Below are positions 40,921 through 50,636 of a DNA stretch of 64,000 bases, piece after piece. The position numbers were made by a program, and so were the translations under genes. Origin of the DNA: Candidatus Eiseniibacteriota bacterium (GTDB lineage: Bacteria; Eisenbacteria; RBG-16-71-46; JAFGJU01); NCBI GenBank assembly GCA_020349905.1, contig CP070702.1:2423176-2487175 (forward strand), given 5' to 3'. Within the stretch, counting starts at the first letter, position 1. Each line of letters opens with the position of its first letter. The notes under the pieces were generated by a model. The model was not told the DNA's origin. It did not search any database and was given only the letters and a program-made list of their open reading frames with translations.

Positions 40921-42501
40921 CTATCCGATCTTTATGTTGCCGTGCCTGATGAGCCTTGCGAAGGTCTCGGTAACCTTCGGGTCGAACTGGGTGCCGCTCT
41001 TCTGTTCCATCTGGGCGATGGCTTCACGGACGGGAAGCGCGTCCCTGTAAGGCCTATCGCTTGTCATGGCGTCGAAGCTGTCCGCCACGCAGACGATGCG
41101 AGCGTTCAGAGAGAGTTCATCCCCGTTGAGTGCATCGGGATATCCGCGTCCGTCCAGGCGCTCGTGGTGGTGTCTGACGACGTCTATGGCCTTTTCCAGA
41201 AACTTGATTCCGCACAGAATCGACGCGCCGGTCTCTGGATGGCTCTTGACAATCCTCCACTCTTCCTCGTCAAGTGCTGTCGGTTTCCAGAGAATCTGCT
41301 CGTAGACACCAAGCTTACCGATGTCGTGGAGCGTGGCCCCGAACCTGATGGTCTCCACCTCCTCAGGAGGAAGCCCCATCCCCTCCCCGATGGCCGTGGC
41401 GTACTCGGCGACCCTTTCGGTGTGGCCCCTGGTGTAAGGGTCTTTGGCCTCTATGGTATTGACGAAGGCCTTGATGGTGGCCAGGTACGTCTCCTGGAGC
41501 TCGTTGTACAGTCTTGCGTTCTCTATGGCGATCCCGGCGGAGCTCGAGAGGCTCGTGAGCATCTCCATGTCGAGCGGAGTGAAGCCGTTGCCGTGCACGC
41601 GCTCTCCTAGAAGCAGGACTCCTATGAATCGGCCTTTGACGTGAATCGAATGGCAGAGTATGAAGCCAGCCGCAGCCACCGCCCTGACGTGCTTCTCCAC
41701 CTCGGGATAGCTCTCCAGCTCGTCTATATCCAGAGGTCTCTCGTGGGAAGCAAGTGTGGAGCCGAACGCGCTGTCGAACGGTATGTGAAGTTTCTCCACG
41801 AGCTCTCTCTTGACACCCTTGGAGACGTATGGAACGAGGACCCTCGAATCCCAGTCCTCGGCCAGAAGGAAACACGCGCTCTCTACCCGCAGCTGCCCTA
41901 CGACCGTGAGGAGAAACGTGTCCAGCAGCGTTTCGAGTCGCAGGCTGCTGTTCAGTTGCTGGCTGAGACTTATCAGGGTGTCCTTGCTATAAAGGAGGCG
42001 CTTGAGTTCGCTGTTGACCCGTTCCAGTTCGAGCTCGCTGCGCTTGATCTGTTCCTCCAGCTTGACGCTCGCCGCGGAGAACCCCCTGCTTTCCTCAAAT
42101 CCTTTGAGTATCCTCTCTATCTTGGCCAGAAGCTCCCTCGGGGAGAACGGCTTTATCAGGAAGTCGTCCGCCCCCCTTAGAAGTCCCTGGAGTCGCGAAG
42201 ACGCATCCGCCTGCCCAGAAATCAGAATCACAGGAGGGCACGGCTTGTCCTCGCCCTTCTTGAGCGACTCGCAGACTTCGAACCCGTCCGACTTGGGCAT
42301 CTTCACGTCCAGAATAACGAGGTCCGGTTTCTGTTTCGTCGCCAGCTCCAACGCTTCCGCGCCATCCGCCGCGCAAAGGACCTCGTACCCGCTGCTTGTC
42401 AGGGTAATCTGGAGGAGTTCGACGACCCGGGGGTCGTCGTCCGCTACGAGTATCCTCTTCTTTCGTTCCGTCTTCTCTTGTGGAATGGCTGCACTTTCCA
42501 T
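40921..42501 (-). CDS. Response regulator with GAF and HD-GYP domains (c-di-GMP phosphodiesterase type)
   Basis: REC (RILVADDD, DLVILDVKMP, KPF), a central GAF, then HTERVAEY...LHDIGKLGV...HHERLDGRGYPDAL. Start placed at MESAAIPQEK (42501). Confidence 0.85.
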   Translation of the reverse strand: MESAAIPQEKTERKKRILVADDDPRVVELLQITLTSSGYEVLCAADGAEALELATKQKPDLVILDVKMPKSDGFEVCESLKKGEDKPCPPVILISGQADASSRLQGLLRGADDFLIKPFSPRELLAKIERILKGFEESRGFSAASVKLEEQIKRSELELERVNSELKRLLYSKDTLISLSQQLNSSLRLETLLDTFLLTVVGQLRVESACFLLAEDWDSRVLVPYVSKGVKRELVEKLHIPFDSAFGSTLASHERPLDIDELESYPEVEKHVRAVAAAGFILCHSIHVKGRFIGVLLLGERVHGNGFTPLDMEMLTSLSSSAGIAIENARLYNELQETYLATIKAFVNTIEAKDPYTRGHTERVAEYATAIGEGMGLPPEEVETIRFGATLHDIGKLGVYEQILWKPTALDEEEWRIVKSHPETGASILCGIKFLEKAIDVVRHHHERLDGRGYPDALNGDELSLNARIVCVADSFDAMTSDRPYRDALPVREAIAQMEQKSGTQFDPKVTETFARLIRHGNIKIG

Positions 42502-42523
42502 GATGTTCGTGACCGGCGGCTTT

Positions 42524-42988
42524 CTATGCCACCCGCTTGCTCTCCGATTCCCATCCGAACGGTTCCAGCACCACGACCACCACACCACTGCCCAACACTA
42601 TGCTTCCCCTCACGGTCGGCGCCTTCGCGATCCACTCCGGCAGTTCCTTGATGCCGGCCTCCTGCTTCCACAGGATTCGATCCGGAACCAAGACCATGCG
42701 CCTCTCGCCGTCTTCCAGAAAGACGGCCGGCAGTTCCGTCAAGTCCTCCTGCGGGGGGGGCAGTTGAACGAGCTCCCACAGGTAGACAAGGGGAAACGTG
42801 GTCCCTTTCCTCTGAACCTGTGGCGTTGGTGACGAAAGGTCCAGCTCCTGCCGGAGCAGCACCCCAGCCTCCAGTACCAGAGCCCATCTCACCGCGTAAA
42901 GCTCACCCTGTGCTTCAACAACCAGAAAAAGAATTTGATCTTCCGTGCTGCTCCGTTTCTCAACGGGGAAGGACCGCGCGTTGTCCAC
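42524..42988 (-). CDS. CheW-like domain protein
   Basis: ILFLVVEAQGELYAV...PLVYLWELV...RMVLVPDRIL...VRGSIVLGSGVVVVVLEP follows the CheW/P5 fold pattern, but is divergent. Confidence 0.7.
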   Translation of the reverse strand: MDNARSFPVEKRSSTEDQILFLVVEAQGELYAVRWALVLEAGVLLRQELDLSSPTPQVQRKGTTFPLVYLWELVQLPPPQEDLTELPAVFLEDGERRMVLVPDRILWKQEAGIKELPEWIAKAPTVRGSIVLGSGVVVVVLEPFGWESESKRVA

Positions 42989-42990
42989 CG

Positions 42991-44424
42991 TTAGTCTCCT
43001 TCCTGCTTCTCTGCTGCATTATCCTCAGCCAGAAAGTCGTTCTCTGATAGCGTTTCGACCTCAGTGGGCTCCGCCTCAACGGACGGGCTCTTCCAGCTCT
43101 CACCTTTAACGAGAGCCTTTGTCTGATCGTGTGCCGCAAGCGCTCTCCTGCTCACGCGTTCCGCCTCCCGGGAGGCCTTCTCTGTCAGTTTGGACAGGGC
43201 CTGGACTCTGTCCAGCAGTCTCTCTGCTGCGTCTCCCAGTCTTTGCGTCACACGGTCCAGCTCGGCCCGGGCGCCCGCTTGCTCTCCCGCTGTCTCCTCC
43301 TCGGGCTCGGGCAATCCCAGGGAGCGCATCCTGAGTCTCACCTCTTCCTGCGAAATGTGAATCGTGCGAACGACCGAATCGACTTTAGTTTCAATGGCCC
43401 TGACGAGGGCCGCGTTCTCGTCGCTACACGCTCGCGCGAACTCGGCCAGCTTCCTTATCTCCTCGGAGAGCACGTTCATCCCGGGCATCGAGGCCTTTGC
43501 GGCTTCCACTGCCACGTTCAGCGCAAGCACGGAGGCTCTGTTCGCGATCCGCTCTGAGCTCCTGGACAGGGCGCTCGACTTCAGAAGCCCTTCGGTGAGC
43601 CCCTCGATTCCCCGCGCCGCTGTCTCGACGACTTTGGTCACCGCGTCTCTGATTTCCTCTCTCGGACGCGTCGCTCTCTCGACTTCCCTCGGCTTTCCTG
43701 CGAGCACCTTAAGCTTCTCCCTGGTCTCGCTCGCCAGCTTGCTGACTTCCCGAGCCACCACGAGCGCCTCGGTGGATTCCACAAAACTCTTTTCGGCGTG
43801 TGCCGCAAGCTCCTGGCTAGCCGTCTTGCTCTCCTGCAACACGGCTTCCATGCCCCGGATTTCTCTCACCGACGACGTGCGCAGCTCGCAGAATTCCGGT
43901 AGCAGCTTGTTCAGCAGAGAGGCGATTCGCCCCGCCGTGCCTTCCTTCTCGGGGAGCGGCACGAATGGGGACCCAACCGAGACTTCTTCGATGGCGTTCG
44001 CGACGCGTTCAAGCTCTTCCTCCAATTGAACAAGCCTTTTGGCAGAAGCTGCCTCGCCCTTTGCCCCTCTGCTCAACTGTTCCAATCTCTTTGCCAGCAC
44101 GCTGAACTCCACATCTTCAGAAAGTGACCTGGGTACCTCTCCCTGTGAGAATCGAGCTGTCTCCGTGACCTTCAGTAGTCCCCTCGTCCCTCCCCCAGCG
44201 ATGCGAGCCACTCGCATCAGCATGACCAGCTCAACCAAGACGAAAACCGCCGCAACCACCAGTGTCGCCAGGACTATCTGCGTTTCCACACCCGTCGCCA
44301 CGACCCAAACCGAGAAGGGCGCGTAAGCGAGACTGAGCCAGAGGACAGCGAGCAGAATTACCGTCAGGAGTAACAGGGGCAGGAACGCCGACAGGATCAA
44401 TCTCTTTCGCAGTGCCGATTCCAT
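42991..44424 (-). CDS. Methyl-accepting-chemotaxis-like transmembrane protein (divergent MCP signalling hairpin)
   Basis: Two N-terminal TM segments and a long coiled coil. The hairpin tip RASVLALNVAVEAAKASMPGMNVLSEEIRKLAEFA aligns to the canonical QTNLLALNAAIEAARAGE.GRGFAVVA.EVRxLA. Confidence 0.75.
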   Translation of the reverse strand: MESALRKRLILSAFLPLLLLTVILLAVLWLSLAYAPFSVWVVATGVETQIVLATLVVAAVFVLVELVMLMRVARIAGGGTRGLLKVTETARFSQGEVPRSLSEDVEFSVLAKRLEQLSRGAKGEAASAKRLVQLEEELERVANAIEEVSVGSPFVPLPEKEGTAGRIASLLNKLLPEFCELRTSSVREIRGMEAVLQESKTASQELAAHAEKSFVESTEALVVAREVSKLASETREKLKVLAGKPREVERATRPREEIRDAVTKVVETAARGIEGLTEGLLKSSALSRSSERIANRASVLALNVAVEAAKASMPGMNVLSEEIRKLAEFARACSDENAALVRAIETKVDSVVRTIHISQEEVRLRMRSLGLPEPEEETAGEQAGARAELDRVTQRLGDAAERLLDRVQALSKLTEKASREAERVSRRALAAHDQTKALVKGESWKSPSVEAEPTEVETLSENDFLAEDNAAEKQEGD

Positions 44425-44444
44425 CTCACACCCTCCTCGAAGGC

Positions 44445-45029
44445 TCAGCGTCCGTCTTTCTGTGCCAGGACGGCTTCGCCTTCCGCCCGCGGTCGCGCTC
44501 CCCCGACAATCGGGGTGCTGGCGTCCGCGCCGCGTGCGGATCTAGATTTCTCCTCGCTACCTTTCTCTCGGCCGTTCCGTTGGCCGAACCCGCCCTCAAC
44601 CAGGCGAGACCGGAGCAGGCGCTGCAGATGTCTTCTGTGCACCGTGCAGAGCTTTCCTCGAGGCTTCTCGGGTCTGGCAGTCCCGCTGACCACGCACGGA
44701 ATCTCGTTGACCTCCAGAGCGAACGTGACTCCGTCGAGAGACAGAACCACAACGAAATTGTCCCCTCTCGCCTTCCGGCGCGAGCGCGCCGGACTGTCGC
44801 AAAGGAGAGACAGCACCGGAACGACTCCGCCCTTGAAGGAAACGATGCCCTTCACACCTTCCTGAGAACCTGGGATTCTGCAAAGCTTCGCGACCTCAGT
44901 ACACCCACATACCGCGTGCGCCCCGAGCGACACGAGAATCCCCCGGTGCCTCCACTCCACCTTTGCATTGTGATGGACGGGAGGACCCTCTACCTGGAGT
45001 TCTTCATGGACTGCCTGGCTTGCCATCAT
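44445..45029 (-). CDS. CheW-like domain protein with Arg-rich C-terminal tail
   Basis: ILVSLGAHAVCG...VKGIVSFKGGVVPVLSLL...FVVVLSLDGVTFALEVNEI matches the CheW pattern (V.G...RG...PV.DL; ...VVV......G..VD.V). Confidence 0.7.
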   Translation of the reverse strand: MMASQAVHEELQVEGPPVHHNAKVEWRHRGILVSLGAHAVCGCTEVAKLCRIPGSQEGVKGIVSFKGGVVPVLSLLCDSPARSRRKARGDNFVVVLSLDGVTFALEVNEIPCVVSGTARPEKPRGKLCTVHRRHLQRLLRSRLVEGGFGQRNGREKGSEEKSRSARGADASTPIVGGARPRAEGEAVLAQKDGR

Positions 45030-45486
45030 AAAGATTTCCTCTCTCCAGTTCTAGCACGTCGGCCGGGCACAATGGGACGAACTGGTGAGTAGCACGTAGC
45101 ATGCCACTGCCTGCTGCCTGCCACATCAAAGCTAATCCATTAAAATATAGAGAATTGCCCTATCACCCAAAAGAGCTGGAGGCGGGTCTCCCGCCCAGAA
45201 GCACCTGGCCGCATTGCACTTCGCAATGCTGCTTGCAAAAGAGATGCCCCAGGCCCTCTGTTCCTCAGACCCTCAAGGGATGCTTGACGTTTCACCGGAC
45301 ATCATGACAGAAGGCCGGTCGGATTCGCTCCGGTTCGTGCGGGCTCGTGCTGCGCGGTTTTTCCAAGCGAATTGACGAATCTGCCCCGTTCTCGCGCCGT
45401 CCCGGCCGATCCGGCCCTCCTCACAAAACTTCGGCGCCGTAATCGGCTGCATCACTTCGCGATACGCGCCCGACCCCGTCGGTTCG

Positions 45487-45502
45487 TGGCACGCTAGTTG
45501 CT
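45487..45502 (+). promoter_or_regulatory. Sigma-54 (-24/-12) promoter
   Basis: TGGCACGctagTTGCT matches the TGGCACG-N4-TTGCW core at every fixed position. It is intergenic, correctly oriented, and about 100 nt upstream of the 45602 start. Confidence 0.55.
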
Positions 45503-45601
45503 TTTCTCATTCTTCGGCGGTCGAGAGACCAGCCCCCGGCTCCGCGAGGAGGTTCACGGGACCCAGAGGGTCAGGATGGTTTCAGGACTCGGAGAACTCT
45601 G

Positions 45602-46381
45602 ATGGACGCCAGACGCGTAAAGCAGAAAGAAACCCCGACCAGAAGCAGGAGAGTTCAGCCCTCCTACCTGTTCATGATGCACTGTCTGCTCTATTCGCGC
45701 GTGCAGACAGGACTTCTTTCTCGTACGGACCCGTACAACGAGGACGTGAATCTATACCTGGCACAGCTTCTCAGTTCGTTCATAAACCCCGAATACGTGG
45801 AACAGGCCAAGAAATCGCTTTCCAAGTATGACACAGAAGTGTTCCGACGGCTCTCCACCTCGGCGGACGCCAGGGTGAAGTACACCATCTACAAGACGAA
45901 CACCGATTTCCTGCTGGTTTCAATCGGTATCTTTGACAACCCCTCCGCCATTCTCAGCAAATCCAAGGCGAAAGGAAAACCGCTGGAAGAGGCCTCTATC
46001 GCAAGGGGAAAAGCATACTACCATTTTGCCTACTCGTTCAGCCAGCAGGTCGACAGAAAGAACCCCGCCATCTCTGACGTACTCGAGAAACTCTCGGTGG
46101 GGTTCGACAGATACGCAAGGATACTCTCTCACCTGAGAGGAGAGTACGTAGACATCATGAAAAGACTCTACAGGGGAGAGGTCTATCATCTCGAGAGAAC
46201 CGTTGACGCCGAAGGCAAAAAGGACCTACTGAAGCAGAAGCAGAATCTGCTCCTCGACATCTACTCGGAATGGAAGAAGACAGGGGCACAGCACCTTCAG
46301 AGAAGGCTCAACCAGGTAGTGGAGGAGATAAGGACACTGGACCCAAGCTTTAACTTCACCATCACGGACAAGAGTAGCTGA
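45602..46381 (+). CDS. Hypothetical protein (predicted helical, no recognised domain)
   Basis: 259-aa ORF with a GGAGAA RBS 5 nt upstream and native-looking codon usage. It is the only + strand gene between 9.6 kb and 50.4 kb, and is followed by a terminator hairpin. Confidence 0.6.
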   Translation: MDARRVKQKETPTRSRRVQPSYLFMMHCLLYSRVQTGLLSRTDPYNEDVNLYLAQLLSSFINPEYVEQAKKSLSKYDTEVFRRLSTSADARVKYTIYKTNTDFLLVSIGIFDNPSAILSKSKAKGKPLEEASIARGKAYYHFAYSFSQQVDRKNPAISDVLEKLSVGFDRYARILSHLRGEYVDIMKRLYRGEVYHLERTVDAEGKKDLLKQKQNLLLDIYSEWKKTGAQHLQRRLNQVVEEIRTLDPSFNFTITDKSS

Positions 46382-46428
46382 CCTCGCGACCCTTCACCCC
46401 CGGCCGAGAGGTCCCCCCGCACCCCTTC

Positions 46429-46490
46429 CTGTGCAGCAATAGGTTCGGCAACAGTGAAAAGGAAGGGGTGCTTCCCTTTTCGGGCTGGGC
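46429..46490 (+). terminator. Intrinsic terminator-like hairpin
   Basis: Perfect 11-bp arms GCACCCCTTCC (46429-46439) and GGAAGGGGTGC (46471-46481), with further pairing possible in the 31-nt loop, followed by TTCCCTTTT. Lies 48 nt after the 46381 stop. Confidence 0.55.
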
Positions 46491-46561
46491 TCCGCACCGT
46501 CCTCGTCTCGGGCTGGGCTTCGGGAGGCACCCATCTTGGACCCGGCTTCGCGCGACGCCCC

Positions 46562-47098
46562 TCATGTCCCGGACCTGAGCTCGGCAAGATACTTCTCTCT
46601 CACCTGACGGAAGAAGCTGCGCGCCGACGTCTCCCTGTAGTCGGGAAACGTCCACTCCAAGAAGGCGAAGTCTCCGGACCTGTAGACCAGCTCGACGTCT
46701 GCGTAGATGCCGCGGCTCAGATACACCCTGTGATACGCGTCCTTTGTGGTTGTCAGGACCAGCTTCATTCTGTCCAGGTAACCCGGGTCCACGTTCACCG
46801 TTCTACGAAGGGTTCCCTCCACCAGCGTTCTTCTCTCGTGCTCGATGGCTTTCAACTTGAGGTCTACGATCTCTTCCGGGTCCACGAGCCCGGAGAAGGA
46901 ACAGAACCTCTTGATGAGGCGTTGCCCCATCTCCTCCTCGTAGTAGTCGGAGTGAGCGAACAGGAAGGTGGGGCTCGAAAGGTCGACCGTCCCGTACTCG
47001 GGTGAGAGCGCAGCGAGGGCGCTCTCTATCTGCTCTTCGGTGGGGGCCATGAGAGCCGCCACCAGTTTTACGCCGGGAGGTTTCTCGGGGTGAATCGA
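46562..47098 (-). CDS. DUF4416-family protein
   Basis: Family assignment is from memory of the conserved pattern (KLVAALM...YYEEEMG...NVDPGYL...KLVLTTTKD..HRVYL..GIYA...L). Start placed at MSIHPEK. Confidence 0.65.
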   Translation of the reverse strand, partial: SIHPEKPPGVKLVAALMAPTEEQIESALAALSPEYGTVDLSSPTFLFAHSDYYEEEMGQRLIKRFCSFSGLVDPEEIVDLKLKAIEHERRTLVEGTLRRTVNVDPGYLDRMKLVLTTTKDAYHRVYLSRGIYADVELVYRSGDFAFLEWTFPDYRETSARSFFRQVREKYLAELRSGT

Positions 47099-47126
47099 CA
47101 TGTCCTGTCTCGGGAACCAGCGGTAG

Positions 47127-47822
47127 TCAGCGTTGCTGCGGGCGCCCTCTGCACGCTTTGACACAGAGCCCGCAGATCATCGAACCGATGTTCTCGGTCC
47201 TCTTGAAGACCTTCAGCATCTCCGTGCACTTCTGAAGGTCGAAGTCCCCGGGGCTCGCGCCTATGGCCCCCACAGGGCAGGCTTCGGCGCAGCACTGGCA
47301 ATCCCCGCAGTCCTCCGGAATGACTGCGCCGGAGGTCTCGAGGGGCATATCTGTGAAGAGGCTGCCGTACCGGACACGCGCTCCGTGTCGTGGAGAGACG
47401 AGGAGATTGTTCTTTCCTATCCATCCCAGGCCCGCCTCCTTCCCCACGAAGCGGTGCGAGAGGTGTCCGGTGTTCCGGTCCCAATCCACTATCTGGGACG
47501 AAGGCACAGGAAAGGCCCTGAACCCCAGCTCGTGCACCGCGGCCATCAGCCGGAGCAGAGTCTGGTCTATGAGCAGGTTCACCTGGCGGTAGTGGTACTG
47601 GTACGTGCGCGTGGGACGGTCAACCAGGCTGTCCATCACCGGGTCGCTGAGCCTGAATCCTACGCACACCGCGTATGGTAGTTCCTTAAGAGAGAAAGGG
47701 ACCGAGAGCGGGCTCTCGTCTTCGCGCCCGCGGAAGTCGGCCGCTCCGAAGGTACTCATTGAGGAGGAGATCGAGATGTTCCTGAGCAGGTCCGTCGCCT
47801 CTTTCTGGCCGCCGTAGTCCAT
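47127..47822 (-). CDS. QueG/reductive-dehalogenase-like 4Fe-4S protein (short form)
   Basis: LSHRFVGKEAGLGWIGKNNLLVSP core plus ferredoxin motifs CGDCQCCAEACP and CGLCVKAC. 231 aa, which is shorter than full-length epoxyqueuosine reductase. Confidence 0.7.
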   Translation of the reverse strand: MDYGGQKEATDLLRNISISSSMSTFGAADFRGREDESPLSVPFSLKELPYAVCVGFRLSDPVMDSLVDRPTRTYQYHYRQVNLLIDQTLLRLMAAVHELGFRAFPVPSSQIVDWDRNTGHLSHRFVGKEAGLGWIGKNNLLVSPRHGARVRYGSLFTDMPLETSGAVIPEDCGDCQCCAEACPVGAIGASPGDFDLQKCTEMLKVFKRTENIGSMICGLCVKACRGRPQQR

Positions 47823-47823
47823 T

Positions 47824-49390
<1,567 letters not shown>

Positions 49391-49524
49391 CATCTGTTTT
49401 CCCGCGCGGCGAAAGCCACACGATCCCGCACCACTCCCCTCTGAGTAGGCTTCGCCCCTTGCGTTACCGAATAGTCTGATGTGCATTAGATGGTCTTCGG
49501 GGCCCGGGAGAATGCCGGAAGGGA

Positions 49525-50163
49525 TTAGAACCGTTTCTCCTCGGGAGAAAAGTAGTACCTGATGCCCATCCTGAGCACCAGCACCTGCTCGTTGAGTGCG
49601 TATCCGGACGGGAAGGCGTCCTTGTCTTCTGAGAGCACGTAGTGGCCTACGGCGTCCCAGCATACAGCTATGGTGGGACGTACGAAGTAGTCAAGCCCTG
49701 CAGACATGTAGGCGCCCACGTTGCCGCGTTTGAGTTCTTCCCTGGTGATGGGGTCCTTCATCACCTTTCGGTCATCAAGCACCGACCAGATGTACCAGCC
49801 CAGGCCTGCTCCCACTCTCGGCATGTACTTGCCGAAGTGGTGCCGATACTCGGCCCCCACCGTTAACGGGGCGGTCGTGGCCACGCGCAGGTCATCAAAA
49901 GAGTAGGCCTGCCAGCCGAAACCGGCACCCACAGTGGCAGCCAGATATGGCTTGAATACGTAGCCAAAACCGACGTCCCCGTAGAGCCTTATCTTCCTCT
50001 GGCTGTCTAACGCAGAGCCCGTCATGTAGTCATCGCCGATGAAGATGAGGGTACCTGCCCCTCCGGTCATGAAAGCACGCCCGGTGACATCGGCTGGAAA
50101 GCACTGCCCGTACAGGGAGAAGAACAGAAGGCCGGCGATGACAAGAAACCGGACGGATTTCAT
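49525..50163 (-). CDS. Outer-membrane beta-barrel protein (OmpW/OmpA-like small porin family)
   Basis: Signal peptide MKSVRFLVIAGLLFFSLYG, alternating aromatic/Gly beta-strand pattern, and a C-terminal Phe. Confidence 0.7.
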   Translation of the reverse strand: MKSVRFLVIAGLLFFSLYGQCFPADVTGRAFMTGGAGTLIFIGDDYMTGSALDSQRKIRLYGDVGFGYVFKPYLAATVGAGFGWQAYSFDDLRVATTAPLTVGAEYRHHFGKYMPRVGAGLGWYIWSVLDDRKVMKDPITREELKRGNVGAYMSAGLDYFVRPTIAVCWDAVGHYVLSEDKDAFPSGYALNEQVLVLRMGIRYYFSPEEKRF

Positions 50164-50454
50164 ACTCGAGAACTCCTTTCAGGATTTGCGGGCCCCGGTA
50201 GAAAGCAGACGCCAAGAAGGTTGGTTCAGTATACACGCAGGCTGCCAGAGTTGTCAACACCGCTGAGGGCCTCCTGAAAGCCAGTTCGTCCCACGGGCGA
50301 AGACTCCGGGAAACACCATCACTTGGCCCCTGGAGGCCGTTTCCTGTTGACTGGCAAGGGGCTTTTTGAGTATGCTTCTGGAGTAGGTTTGCGGTGCAAG
50401 AGAATTCATGCCCCCTTCCTAGCTTCAGGAAACACTCTGCTTTCTGTGGTCTTC

Positions 50455-50531
50455 GGCGGTGTAGCTCAGTTGGTCAGAGCAGGAGAATCATAATCTTCGT
50501 GTCCGGGGTTCGAATCCCTGCACCGCCACCA
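50455..50531 (+). tRNA. tRNA with CAT anticodon (elongator Met or lysidine-modified Ile2), CCA encoded
   Basis: Folded by hand. Acceptor GGCGGTG/CACCGCC. D arm GCTC-AGTTGGTCA-GAGC. Anticodon arm GGAGA-ATCATAA-TCTTC. Variable region GTGTC. T arm CGGGG-TTCGAAT-CCCTG. Discriminator A, then CCA. Position 1:72 is a G:C pair, so it is not an initiator. Confidence 0.9.
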
Positions 50532-50636
50532 CCTTCGTGAATGCAAACCGCCAGGAATTGTCCGTTCTTAATCTCAGGACGAGGCAGAGCGCGGGAAATC
50601 GCTGTCCGCGGCGTCTGCGCCTCGCCGGTACAGGCC

